From NCBI GenBank assembly GCA_963752595.1, contig CAVVYZ010000013.1, positions 185,222 to 249,221 of the forward strand: DNA of 64,000 nt, read 5' to 3'. The translations under genes and the position numbers were made by a program. A model generated the notes under the pieces. The model did no database searches and was not told the origin of the DNA. It saw nothing but the letters and a program-made list of their open reading frames with translations. The DNA is from an uncultured delta proteobacterium. Lineage in GTDB: Bacteria; Desulfobacterota; Desulfomonilia; UBA1062. Shown here in pieces: positions 51,127 through 62,104 of the stretch; position 1 is the first letter of the stretch; each line of letters starts with the position of its first letter.

Positions 51127-51344
51127 AACTAGTTCGATGCTCACATTGCATTTTTGTATCAAACCGTGTTAATCTACTATAACCAAGCGCTGTAAAAAGG
51201 CAACTTTTTTCCGATCCGGGGCCGGTATGCCCGTTTGCAGGGAGGGCCGCCGGGAGGGGACCCGCGAATACATCGACCATAAGTTCCCCAAACGGGACGG
51301 AATCCTTTGGTTAATGAAGATTTTTTAGGAGAACCGCTTCAATC

Positions 51345-52946
51345 ATGACGCCATCAAATTGGCGACCTTCACGGATCGGCTCCCAGGGAACGGAGGAGCT
51401 CAGCATTCATAATTACGAAGAACTCGCCGCACTGCACGCCATCGCCCGGATATTGGCTCATCCCCAGGAGCTGCGGGACCAGCTCGAACAGGCCCTTCAG
51501 GAGATGAGCGCCCGTCTGGGGATGGAACGGGGGATGATCTCGCTGATGGATCGCGAGACGGGAGAGGTCTTGCTCGATGTGGCGCACGGCGTCAACATCG
51601 AAGGGATGGACGTGAGCTACCGCCCCGGCGAGGGAATCACGGGCAAGGTGGCGCAGACGGGGCGGCCGATGGCCTGCGCAAACCTCGGCAAGGAGGCGCA
51701 CTTCCTCGATCGGACCGGCGCACGCCGCTTCCTGAACCGGGCGGAGTTGACCTTCCTGTGCGTGCCGATCATCTACGACGCCCACGTGGTCGGCGTCCTG
51801 TCGGCGGACAAGGTGACGCGCCAGGTGGAGAACCTGGACCGCGAACTCGCGCTGCTCTCATCGGTTGCCGAACTTCTGGCCAAAGCGGTCCACAGTCGCG
51901 CCCTTGAGGAGGAAAACCGGCGTCTCCGCAAGATCGTCGGCCGCTCCCGGGCCCCCTCCACGGATATCATCGGCCATTCACGGGTGATGCAGGAGGTCTT
52001 CGGCCTTGTCGCCCAAGTCGCCGATTCGAACACGACCGTCCTGATCCACGGCGAGACGGGAACGGGCAAGGAGCTGGTCGCCCGGGCGATCCATAAAAAC
52101 AGCCCCCGTCTGAAGGGTCCCCTTATTCAGGTCAACTGTGCGGCCATTCCGGATACGCTGATCGAAAGCGAGCTGTTCGGTCACGAAAGGGGGGCCTTTA
52201 CCGGCGCCCTGCACCAGCGGCGGGGGCGGTTCGAGGAGGCCAACGGGGGGACGATCTTCCTCGACGAGGTGGGAGAGCTCTCCGCGGCGGCGCAGTCCAA
52301 ATTGCTGCGCGTCCTCCAGGAGAGGCAGTTTCAGCCTCTGGGGTCTTCCCGAATGATCCGTGTCGACGTCCGGGTCATCACCGCAACCAACCGGAATCTT
52401 GAGCAGGATCTCGCTACGGGGCGGTTCCGTCCCGACCTCTTCTACCGTCTCAATGTCTTTCCCATCTTCCTGCCGCCCCTGCGCGACCGGGGAGGCGACA
52501 TCCTCCTTCTGGCCGATTATTTCATTCTGAAATACGCGAGAGAAATGGCAAAATCGGTAAAAAAGATCTCTCCCGCCGTGTCGGACGTCTTGCTTGCTTA
52601 CAACTGGCCGGGAAACGTGCGGGAACTGGAAAACTTCATCGAACGGGCGGTTCTTCTCGCCACGGGGGATACGATCGAGCTGGTCCATCTGCCCCCCTCC
52701 CTCCAGTCACGGACCCGAAGCGGTGAAATGAAGGAGCAGGGCAAGCTCAACACCGCCGTCGAGGCCCAGGAGCGGGCGCTGATCATAGGCGCCCTGAAGG
52801 AGACCGGCGGCAACCAGACGAAGGCGGCCAAACTCCTCGGGACGACCAAACGGATCGTCCAGTACCGGATCCAGAAACTGGGTATCGACGCCCGCCAGTT
52901 CCGGAATAAAAGATCGGCCTCCCCGGCCAGCACCCTTGAAGAATAA
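51345..52946 (+). CDS. sigma54-dependent activator, GAF-AAA+-Fis HTH (NifA-like architecture)
   Basis: GAF region GEGITGKV...[65 protein letters not shown]. Confidence 0.93.
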   Translation: MTPSNWRPSRIGSQGTEELSIHNYEELAALHAIARILAHPQELRDQLEQALQEMSARLGMERGMISLMDRETGEVLLDVAHGVNIEGMDVSYRPGEGITGKVAQTGRPMACANLGKEAHFLDRTGARRFLNRAELTFLCVPIIYDAHVVGVLSADKVTRQVENLDRELALLSSVAELLAKAVHSRALEEENRRLRKIVGRSRAPSTDIIGHSRVMQEVFGLVAQVADSNTTVLIHGETGTGKELVARAIHKNSPRLKGPLIQVNCAAIPDTLIESELFGHERGAFTGALHQRRGRFEEANGGTIFLDEVGELSAAAQSKLLRVLQERQFQPLGSSRMIRVDVRVITATNRNLEQDLATGRFRPDLFYRLNVFPIFLPPLRDRGGDILLLADYFILKYAREMAKSVKKISPAVSDVLLAYNWPGNVRELENFIERAVLLATGDTIELVHLPPSLQSRTRSGEMKEQGKLNTAVEAQERALIIGALKETGGNQTKAAKLLGTTKRIVQYRIQKLGIDARQFRNKRSASPASTLEE

Positions 52947-52975
52947 GACCCATCGGGCGGCGGCCGGTGCAGGGT

Positions 52976-53014
52976 ACATTATTGTTCATTTTTTTAAGAA
53001 AAGAACATTTTTGT
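52976..53014. promoter_or_regulatory. Tandem ACA-N4-TGT palindromes, probable activator-binding (enhancer) sites
   Basis: ACATTATTGT (52976-52985) and ACATTTTTGT (53005-53014), about 100-140 bp upstream of a -24/-12 promoter. Confidence 0.6.
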
Positions 53015-53116
53015 TTCACCGGGTCCGGATATTCATCCGGCTGCATCAAACGGTTCCAGGAATGACCGTTGTCCCGGTAGTTTTCTCGATCATTATTTCC
53101 TGCCGATTGTAAAAAG

Positions 53117-53131
53117 TGGCACGGTTTTAGC
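53117..53131 (+). promoter_or_regulatory. sigma54 (-24/-12) promoter of the glutamate synthase operon
   Basis: TGGCACGGTTTTAGC fits GG-N10-GC. Confidence 0.7.
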
Positions 53132-53201
53132 GTTCTCCAATACCCGGGCCTCTCATCCGCTACAGATCAACAGGCCCGACATACAGAAAGGACAAACGAT
53201 T

Positions 53202-54332
53202 ATGTGCAGATTATTTGCCATTACAAGCAAGGACCCCCTCTCCCCGATGGTCGCCATCCGCGCCCTCGACGTCATGAAGGAAGGTCACGACGGTTCCGGC
53301 GTGGGGCTTTTCCTTACCGATCTCGGCGGGGATTTCGAGCAGTTCAAGGGGGGACCGATCCTCTCCGGGATCTTCTCCAACGCGGGGATCAAGGCCCTCG
53401 ACCGGTACATGATGGACATGGACTTCATGACGAAATACAAGCTCTCGTTCCGCCCCACGAAGCGCCCCCCGGCGGGGACGCCCCGGCGGGACAATTACCT
53501 GATCCGCGTCTATGAATATCCGCCGGATTGGGAGAACCTGCCCGAGGAGGAGATCCAGCGCCGCCTGATGATGTGCCGCCTCCAGCTCCAGGAGATGGGG
53601 AAGCAGGACGAATCGATGCTGGTCTTCAGCTTCTGGCCGGATGTGATCATGATCAAGGAGGTCGGCGACCCGACGACCGTGGCGGAGTACCTGGGGCTCA
53701 ACCGCAAGGAGCTCCAGGCGCGGACGATCCTGGCCCAGGGGAGGCAGAACACCAACTACGCGATCAACATCTACGCCTGCCACCCCTTCTTCATCCAGGG
53801 GATGGCCACCATGACCAACGGCGAGAATACGGCCTTCGTGCCGATCCGGGAATTTCTCATGTCGCGCAAGGAGCCGGGCTATGTCGGATACCAGTCGGAT
53901 TCGGAGGTGTTCACCCATATCCTCCATTATACGCACAAGCACCTGGGTCTCGATCTGGAGACCTACAAGCATGTCATCACGCCCCTCAAGGACGAGGAGC
54001 TCATCAGCCATCCGAACGGCGACTGGCTCCGGATCCTCAAGCAGAGCTGCCGGCCGCTGATCATCGACGGGCCGAACTGCGTCATGGGCTGCCTGCCCGA
54101 CAAGACCCTCTTCATGGTGCAGGACAGCAAGAAGCTCCGCCCCGGCGTGGTGGGCGGGAACCCCGGGATGTTCGCCTTCTCCTCGGAGATGTGCGGACTG
54201 GATGCCGCGATCCCGGCGCGCGACAAGAGCAGGGATTTTCAACCGATGAAATATGATACGGTCTTTGTCGGACCGGAACGTCAGGAGGTGGGGCAATGGA
54301 GCCAGATGGACAGCTTAAGCCGTCTACACTAA
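53202..54332 (+). CDS. Class II glutamine amidotransferase subunit of a split glutamate synthase
   Basis: N-terminal nucleophile Met-Cys, GHDGSG, RQNTN...CHPF, TNGE, SDSEV, DGP, LRP, SSE. Confidence 0.85.
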   Translation: MCRLFAITSKDPLSPMVAIRALDVMKEGHDGSGVGLFLTDLGGDFEQFKGGPILSGIFSNAGIKALDRYMMDMDFMTKYKLSFRPTKRPPAGTPRRDNYLIRVYEYPPDWENLPEEEIQRRLMMCRLQLQEMGKQDESMLVFSFWPDVIMIKEVGDPTTVAEYLGLNRKELQARTILAQGRQNTNYAINIYACHPFFIQGMATMTNGENTAFVPIREFLMSRKEPGYVGYQSDSEVFTHILHYTHKHLGLDLETYKHVITPLKDEELISHPNGDWLRILKQSCRPLIIDGPNCVMGCLPDKTLFMVQDSKKLRPGVVGGNPGMFAFSSEMCGLDAAIPARDKSRDFQPMKYDTVFVGPERQEVGQWSQMDSLSRLH

Positions 54333-55930
54333 GCACGACGGATCTCCCCTGGCAGATCCTCTGGAGCAAGAAGAAGTGCTGCCTCTGCGGCCGCTGTACG
54401 GCGGTCTGCCCCGTGCAGGCGATCGAGCTGGGCGTCCACCGCGAGCGGATGATCCAGGTGCAGGTCGGCCTCAAGGAAAAACCGGGGAACCTCTACGGCG
54501 TCTACCACGGGATCCGCCAGCGGACGGATGTCGCCCACGCCTGCATCGGCTGCGGGATGTGCGACATGGTCTGCCCCAACCACGCGATCATGCCCATGCA
54601 CAACGACGAACCGGACAAGCTCCGCTTCCACATCAACCAGGGAGGCGTCCCGCGGCGGCGCGGGGGACGGCGCAATGCGCCGGAGAGCCTCCTGGACGAG
54701 ATCAAGTTCGTCCGCATCTCCATGCTGACCGACCCCGCCCTGGACGCCGGCCGCCATGAATTCGAGCTGAGGACCCTCCTGGGCAGGATCCTTCCGCCCG
54801 AGGAGGCCCTCCGGGTCAGCCGGGAGGGGGGCTGGATCCCGCCGGTCCGGGAGATCTACCCGCTCATCCTGGGGAGCATGTCCTTCGGGGCGCTCTCCCC
54901 CACGATGTGGGAGGGGCTCCAGATGGGGGTGGCCTATCTGAACGAGGAGCTGGGCATGCCGGTCCGTTTCGCCACCGGCGAGGGCGGCTGCCCGCCCCGG
55001 CTTCTCCGGTCGCGGTTCATGAAGTACGTCATCCTCCAGATCGCCAGCGGCTACTTCGGCTGGGACGAGATCATCCACGCCCTGCCGGAGATGAAGGAGG
55101 ACCCCTGCGCCATCGAGATCAAGTACGGCCAGGGGGCCAAGCCCGGCGACGGCGGGCTTTTGATGTGGTACAAGGTGAACAAGCTGATCGCCGCGATCCG
55201 CGGCGTGCCCACGGGGATCAACCTCCCCAGCCCGCCCACGCACCAGACGAAGTATTCCATCGAAGAGGCGGTCGCCAAGATGATCCAGTCGATGTCGATG
55301 GCCTGGGGCTTCCGGGTGCCGGTCTATCCGAAGATCTCCGCGACCTCGACGGCGCTCGCGGTCCTCAACAACCTGACCCGCAATCCCTACGCGGCGGCCC
55401 TGGCGATGGACGGCGAGGACGGCGGCACGGGGGCGGCCTACAACGTCTCGATGAACCACATGGGGCACCCCATCGCGAGCATCCTCCGCGACGCCTACCT
55501 GAACCTCGTGAAGATCGGCAAGCAGAACGAAATCCCGATCTTCGCCGGCGGCGGCGTCGGGAAAAACGGGAACCTCGCGGCCAACGCGGCCGCCCTGATC
55601 ATGCTGGGGGCGAGCGGCGTCCAGGTGGGCAAGTACATCATGCAGGCGACGGCCGGATGCCTCGGCTCTGAAACGGACCGCTGCAATATCTGCAATATCG
55701 GCCTCTGCCCGAAGGGGATCACCTCCCAGGATCCCCGCCTCTACCGGCGGCTCGATCCGGAGAAGGTCGCCCAACGTCTCGTCGATGTGGTTCTGAGTTT
55801 CGACACGGAACTGAAAAAGATCGTGGCGCCGCTGGGCCGCTCCACGTCGCTGCCGATCGGCATGTCGGACGCGCTCGGGATCGCCGACCGGGATGCGGCG
55901 GAGCGCCTCGGCATCCGTTACGCCATATAG
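54296..55930 (+). CDS. Glutamate synthase FMN-binding subunit with N-terminal 2x[4Fe-4S] ferredoxin
   Basis: CCLCGRCTAVCP, CIGCGMCDMVCP, MSFGALS, TGEGG, QIASGYFG, EIKYGQGAKPGDGG, CNICNIGLCPKGITSQDP. Confidence 0.9.
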   Translation: MEPDGQLKPSTLSTTDLPWQILWSKKKCCLCGRCTAVCPVQAIELGVHRERMIQVQVGLKEKPGNLYGVYHGIRQRTDVAHACIGCGMCDMVCPNHAIMPMHNDEPDKLRFHINQGGVPRRRGGRRNAPESLLDEIKFVRISMLTDPALDAGRHEFELRTLLGRILPPEEALRVSREGGWIPPVREIYPLILGSMSFGALSPTMWEGLQMGVAYLNEELGMPVRFATGEGGCPPRLLRSRFMKYVILQIASGYFGWDEIIHALPEMKEDPCAIEIKYGQGAKPGDGGLLMWYKVNKLIAAIRGVPTGINLPSPPTHQTKYSIEEAVAKMIQSMSMAWGFRVPVYPKISATSTALAVLNNLTRNPYAAALAMDGEDGGTGAAYNVSMNHMGHPIASILRDAYLNLVKIGKQNEIPIFAGGGVGKNGNLAANAAALIMLGASGVQVGKYIMQATAGCLGSETDRCNICNIGLCPKGITSQDPRLYRRLDPEKVAQRLVDVVLSFDTELKKIVAPLGRSTSLPIGMSDALGIADRDAAERLGIRYAI

Positions 55931-55950
55931 ATAAGGGATAAGGAGTACTC

Positions 55951-58290
55951 ATGTCTACGAAACCAACCATCATGATTCCCGGCTCGGAAAAAGGGGTCCG
56001 GGTGGAATCACGCATCCTCGAGGAGCGGGTACAGAAGGCCGTCGCCGACGGGCATCGCCATATCGAGATCATCGCCCAGGGCCAGCACGGCATCGGCGGG
56101 CGTCTCTGGCGGGCGGGAGAGGAGCCGATATTTCTGCGCATCCTCGGGACGTCGGGGCAGCGGGTCGGTGCCATGGGGTTCCCCAACACGCTGATCGATG
56201 TGGTGGGACCCGCCTCCGACGACGTGGGCTGGCTCAACGCCGGCGCCCAGATCACCATCCGCGGCAACGCCACCAACGGCGTGGGCAACGCGATGGCCCA
56301 GGGGAAGATCTATATCGCGGGGGACATCGGGGCGCGCGGGATGACCATGACGAAGCACAATCCCCGCTTCGATCCTCCCGAACTCTGGGTCCTGGGAAGC
56401 GTCGGCGATTCCTTCGCGGAATTCATGGCCGGCGGCGTCGCGGTGATCTGCGGCTTCGGGACGCAGCAGTCGGAGAACATCCTCGGCTACCGCCCCTGCG
56501 TCGGGATGGTGGGGGGAAAGATCTTCTTCCGGGGGCCCCACCAGGGGTTCAGCGAGAAGGATGCCCGTTTGACGACTCCCGACGATGAAGAATGGCAATG
56601 GCTCACGTCGCACATGAAGCCCTTTCTGGAGGCGATCGCGCGGCCCGATCTTCTTGCGCCGCTGACGGATGACCGCGGCGCCTGGCAGATCCTCATCGCC
56701 CGGAAACCCTACGAAAGGGTCGGCGCCGCCGGCCGTACCATCGGCCGTTTCCATGCGGAGGTCTGGGATCAGGAACTGGGGAAAGGCGGGTTGATCGGGG
56801 ATCTGACCGACCAGGACCGCAGCACGATCGAAGTGATCACGACCGGCGAACTGCGCCGCTTCGTCCCCCTGTGGGAAAACGCGAAATACCTGCCGCCGTG
56901 CCAGGCCAACTGCCCGACGGGGATCCCCGTCCAGAAGCGGTGGGAGCTGATCCGCAAGGGGAAGATGCAGGAAGCCGTGGACCTTGCCCTCCAGTACACC
57001 CCCTTTCCGGCCACGGTCTGCGGCTACCTCTGCCCCAATCTCTGCATGCAGAACTGCACCCGCCAGACGAAGGCCGATCTTCCGGCAGTGGATACGGCCC
57101 TCCTCGGCCGGGCCAGCCTGGAGGCGACCGTGCCGGCCCCGGCGCCGGCCACCGGCATGAAGATCGCCGTCATCGGCGGCGGAGCGGCGGGGCTCTCCGT
57201 CGCCTGGCAGCTCCGGATGAAGGGCCATGAAGCGGTCATCCACGATGCGCGCAAGCGCCTCGGGGGAAAGATCACCGAGACGATCCCCACGCAGCCGGAT
57301 CCCCGACGAGGTTGTGGACCACGAGCTCAAACGCCTGGAAGAGGTGATCCCCCACAAGCACCTGAAGCACCCCCTCACCGAGGAGGAGTTCCGGAAGCTG
57401 TATGAAAAGTATGATGTTGTCGTCGATCGCCACGGGGGCGCGGAAGCCGCGGAAGATCCCCGTCCCGGGCCACGAACGGGCTGTCGCCGCCCTCGATTTT
57501 CTCCGGGAAAGCAAGCTCGACCGGGCCAAGGTCGGCAAGAACGTCGTCATCATCGGGGCGGGGAACGTCGGCTGCGACGCCGCTGCGGAAGCGGCCCGGC
57601 TGGGCGCCGAATCCATCACCCTGATCGACATCCAGAAGCCGGCCTCCTCCGGCGTGGAGAGGAAACACGCGGAGGCCGCCGGGGCGAAGTTCCTCTGGCC
57701 CCGCTTCACCAAGGCGATCACCGAAACGGCGGTCGAGCTCACCAACGGCGAAATCCTGCCCGCGGACACGGTCATCATGTCCGTCGGCGATCAGCCCGAC
57801 CTGAGCTTTCTGCCGGAAGAGATCAAGACCGAGCGGGGGTTCATCGCCGTCGACGAGCGGTTCCAGAGCAGCGATCCCAAGGTCTATGCCATCGGCGACG
57901 CCGTGCGGCTGGGCCTTCTCACCGAGGCGATCGGATCGGGCCGGGTGGCCGCCCGGGAGATCGACAACCTGCTCCGGGGACGGGAGGATACCTATGACCA
58001 GCTTCCCGCCATCGATACGGAGCGGGTGCAGCTCGAGTATTACGATCCGCGGCTGCCCGCTTTTACGATGCCGCGACCTGCGCCGCCGGCTGCGCCTCCT
58101 GCGGCGCCTGCCGCGACTGCGGCCTCTGCGAGACCCTCTGCCCGCAGAATGCGATCTCCCGGAGGGCGCTGGAAGGCGAAGGAGTATGAATATGTCGTCG
58201 ATGCGGACCGCTGCATCGGCTGCGGCTTCTGCGCGGGGGCCTGTCCCTGCGGGATCTGGCGGCTGACCGAAAACGACCCGACTGGAATAG
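55951..58290 (+). CDS. GXGXG-domain + GltD-like FAD/NAD(P) oxidoreductase + C-terminal ferredoxin fusion, frameshifted in this sequence
   Basis: GQHGIGG, DDVGWLNAG, AEFMAGG, PPCQANCP, VCGYLCPNLC, IGGGAAG, IGAGNVGCD, YAIGD, then CxxCGxCRDCGLCETLCP and CIGCGFCAGACP across fragments. Confidence 0.85.
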
Positions 58291-58297
58291 CCGGTCT

Positions 58298-58314
58298 TTG
58301 GCATAATGATTGCT
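58298..58314 (+). promoter_or_regulatory. sigma54 (-24/-12) promoter of the glutamine synthetase genes
   Basis: TTGGCATAATGATTGCT, near consensus. Confidence 0.8.
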
Positions 58315-58467
58315 GTACTGTAAGATGCTTCTCGAAAAGATCGGGCGGAAATGAGACAAAAATGTACTTTTACCGGATTCAGGAAGCACTGATGAAGCGA
58401 GTTTCAGCAGAAATGCATCATTGCAAGCCTGAACGACAGTGCCTATTTCGAATAAATGGAGGAAGTC

Positions 58468-60566
58468 ATGGAGCTAACCGAGGTTTTTGGATCGAACGTT
58501 TTTAACGATCAGGTGATGAAAGAGCGGCTGCCCAGGCAGATTTACCAGGCGCTGAGGGAAACGATTGAAAAAGATATACCGCTACGGCCCGATGTGGCCG
58601 ACGTGGTGGCGGATGCGATGAAGGACTGGGCGCTCGAAAAAGGGGCGACCCACTATACCCACTGGTTTCAGCCATTGACGGGGATAACGGCGGAAAAGCA
58701 TGATTCATTCATCTCTCCGACTGCCGACGGCGGAATCGTCGTGGAGTTTTCCGGCAAGCAGCTGATTCAGGGCGAGCCGGACGCGTCGTCTTTTCCCAGC
58801 GGCGGTCTGCGCAGCACCTTCGAGGCGAGAGGGTATACGGCCTGGGATTGCACCTCGCCCGCGATCCTGAAGACCGACGAAGCCGGAAACGTGACCCTGA
58901 CGATCCCCACCGCCTTTGTCTCGTATTACGGCGAAGCCCTCGATAAAAAGACCCCGCTGCTTCGGTCCATGAAGGCGGTCTCGAAGCAGGCCCTGCGGGT
59001 TCTCAGGGCCTTGGGCAACACCACCTCCACGAAAGTGACCTCCACCGTCGGTCCCGAACAGGAGTATTTCCTGGTGGACAAGGAATTCTATCTGGACCGG
59101 ATCGACCTCATGCTGGCGGGGCGAACGATCTTCGGCGCACCGGCGCCCAAGGGCCAGGAACTTGAGGACCAGTATTTCGGCGCCCTCAAGGACCGGGTCT
59201 CCGCTTACATGAACGACCTCAATACCGAACTGTGGAAGATGGGCATCACCTCCAAAACCCAGCACAACGAGGTCGCCCCGGCCCAGTACGAGATGGCCCC
59301 CATCTTTGCCACGACGAACATCGCCACCGACCACAATCAGCTCGTCATGGAGACCATGCAGAAGGTGGCCCTGCGTCACGACCTGGTCTGCCTGCTTCAC
59401 GAAAAGCCTTACGCCGGCATCAACGGTTCCGGCAAGCACAACAACTGGTCGCTCTCCACGGATGACGGCATCAATCTCCTGGAGCCGGGCCGTACGCCGA
59501 GCGAAAATGTCCAGTTCCTGCTGGTCCTGAGCGCCTTGATCAAGGCCGTGGACACCCATGCGGATATCCTGCGGGCGACCTGCGCCCATGCGGGAAACGA
59601 TCACCGCCTGGGCGCCAACGAGGCGCCTCCGGCGATCATCTCCATCTTCATGGGCGATGAGCTGACGGACATCCTGGAGAAGATTGCCAAAGGCCAAAAG
59701 GTTTCCGCCAAGGGCGCCCAGTTCGTCAAGGTCGGCGTCGATACCCTGCCCGAGATCCCCAAGGACAATACGGACCGCAACCGGACCTCTCCCTTCGCCT
59801 TCACGGGAAACAAGTTCGAATTCAGGATGGTCGGCTCGGCGCAGTCGATTGCCGGACCCAATGTCGCCCTGAACACGATCGCCGCCGAGGCCCTCGACGA
59901 AATCGCCACGCGGCTGGAAAAGGCCAAGGACAAGAACGCCGAAGCAGCGGCGATCATCAAGGAAACCTACAAGAAACACAGCCGGGTGATTTTCAACGGA
60001 AACAACTATTCCGAGGCATGGCCGAAAGAAGCGGCCAAGCGCGGACTGCCCAATGTGACGAACGCCGTTGACGCCTTGAAGGCATTCATCACGGATAAGG
60101 CCCTCAAGCTCTTTGAGAAATATCGAGGTGCTCTCGCACAAGGAGGTGCATTCCCGCTACGACATCTATGTCGAGACCTACGCAAAACAGATCAATATCG
60201 AAGCCCTGGCCGCCATCGACATGGTGAAGAAGCAGTTCATCCCCGCGGCAGCCGAATATGCCACCTTTCTGGCCGACTCGATCGCCAGTTTCAAGGCCGT
60301 CTCCGTTGCAGCCCCCGTCCAGGAGGATATTCTGAAGAAGCTCGGTGCGCTCATGGCATCGGCCTACAAGAACCTCGGAAAGCTCGAAGCCGCAACGGCA
60401 AAGGCGCAGGGGACTGCCGACACCGTAAAGAAGGCGGAAACGTATCGTGATACAGGTGGTCACGGCAATGCAGACCCTGCGCACCGACATCGACGCTCTG
60501 GAGATGATCGTTCCCCGGGATATGTGGCCGGTGCCGACGTATGCGGATCTGCTGTTCAAGCTTTAA
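58468..60566 (+). CDS. glnN: Glutamine synthetase type III (frameshifts near 60125 and 60450 in this sequence)
   Basis: [93 protein letters not shown], ending [13 protein letters not shown]. Confidence 0.92.
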
Positions 60567-60609
60567 TCCCGGTCGAGCCCAACAAACCATCAAAAGAAAG
60601 GATTGGACC

Positions 60610-61941
60610 ATGTTCGAGTTAAAGACAACAAAGGATGTGTTGAAAATCGTCAAGGAAAAGAACGTCAGTTTCATTCAGTTCTGGTTCACCGATGTCCTCG
60701 GGGTCCAGAAGATCTTCAGCATCACCCCCTCCGAGCTGCAGGAGGGAATGGAGGAGGGGATGGGGTTCGACGGCTCCTCCATCGCGGGATTCTGCCGGAT
60801 CGAGGAGAGCGACATGATCGCCATGCCCGATCCCTCCACCTTCCAGATCATCCCCTGGCGGCCCTCCGACCGCCCGGTCGCGCGGATGATCTGCGACATC
60901 CAGAACCCCGACGGAAAACCCTATGAGGGCGACCCCCGCTATGTCCTGAAGAGGACCCTCAAGAAGGTCAACGATCAGGGCTATACCTTCTACGTCGGGC
61001 CCGAACTGGAGTTCTTCTATTTCGCCTCGGACAAGGCCCCCGAGTTCCTCGACATGGGCGGCTACTTCGACGGCCTCCCCGTGGACCGGGCGACGGACCT
61101 GCGCCGCCAGACGATCTTCGCCCTTCAGGACATGGGGATCCGGGTGGAGTACAGCCACCACGAGGTCGCCCCGAGCCAGCACGAGATCGACCTGCGCTAC
61201 AACGAGGCCCTCAAGATGGCCGACAATGTGATGACCTACCGCACCACGGTCAAGGAGATCGCCCGGCAGAACGGCGTCTACGCCACCTTCATGCCGAAGC
61301 CGGTCTTCGGGCAGAACGGGAGCGGCATGCACGTCCATCAGTCGCTCTTCAAGGGGTCCAAGAACTGCTTCTTCGACGGCCGGGACAAGTACAACCTCTC
61401 GAAGATGGCCAAGCACTACATCGCCGGCATCATGACCCATGCCCCGGAGATCACCGCGATCTGCAACCAGTGGATCAACTCCTACAAGCGGCTCGTTCCC
61501 GGTTACGAGGCCCCGGTTTACGTCTCCTGGGCGCGCCGGAACCGCTCCGCGATGGTCCGCGTCCCGATGTACAAGCCCGGCAAGGAGAAGGCGACCCGGA
61601 TGGAGTACCGTTCGCCCGATCCGGCCTGCAACCCCTACCTGGCCTTCGCCGTCATGCTGGCCGCCGGGATGAGGGGGGTCGAGAAGGCCTATCCGCTGCC
61701 CGAGCCGGTGGAAGAGGACATCTTCGAGATGGACGAGAAGGCCCGCGAGAAGGCGGGGATCACCTCGCTGCCCGGGAGTCTCTACGAGGCGCTGGTCGTC
61801 GTGCAGGGGAGCAAGCTCGTCCGCGACACCCTCGGGGATCACATCTTCGACAAGTTCATGGAGAACAAGAAGGTGGAGTGGGATCGTTTCCGCACCCACG
61901 TGAGCCAGTTCGAAATCGACCGTTACCTGCCGATGCTGTAA
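60610..61941 (+). CDS. glnA: Glutamine synthetase type I (alpha-like)
   Basis: [74 protein letters not shown]. Confidence 0.93.
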   Translation: MFELKTTKDVLKIVKEKNVSFIQFWFTDVLGVQKIFSITPSELQEGMEEGMGFDGSSIAGFCRIEESDMIAMPDPSTFQIIPWRPSDRPVARMICDIQNPDGKPYEGDPRYVLKRTLKKVNDQGYTFYVGPELEFFYFASDKAPEFLDMGGYFDGLPVDRATDLRRQTIFALQDMGIRVEYSHHEVAPSQHEIDLRYNEALKMADNVMTYRTTVKEIARQNGVYATFMPKPVFGQNGSGMHVHQSLFKGSKNCFFDGRDKYNLSKMAKHYIAGIMTHAPEITAICNQWINSYKRLVPGYEAPVYVSWARRNRSAMVRVPMYKPGKEKATRMEYRSPDPACNPYLAFAVMLAAGMRGVEKAYPLPEPVEEDIFEMDEKAREKAGITSLPGSLYEALVVVQGSKLVRDTLGDHIFDKFMENKKVEWDRFRTHVSQFEIDRYLPML

Positions 61942-61964
61942 TCTGCAAGGCGCGTGTAGTAAAC

Positions 61965-62032
61965 AAGGGAAGGGAGTTGTTTCGGATTTTCCTTTACGAA
62001 GGGGGAACTTTCTGATAACTCCCTTTTCCTTT
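61965..62032 (+). terminator. Long hairpin after glnA (terminator or mRNA-stabilising stem)
   Basis: AAGGGAAGGGAGTTGT pairs with ATAACTCCCTTTTCCTT and encloses an inner hairpin. Confidence 0.5.
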
Positions 62033-62104
62033 ATCGTACAAAGGTGGTATTCTGATCCGGCGAAGGGGCGGGTTCAGCCGCCGGATCATCATCGAGGAGC
62101 AGCC

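Noticed and set aside
51345-52946. Calling the activator nifA
   Set aside because: The architecture is NifA-like, but there are no nif genes in the window and the nearby motif is ACA-N4-TGT, not TGT-N10-ACA.
58389-58425. CTGATGA...GAAA resembling a hammerhead ribozyme core (CTGATGA also at 23172)
   Set aside because: No proper stem II and no U-H cleavage triplet after stem III. The second site lacks the GAAA.
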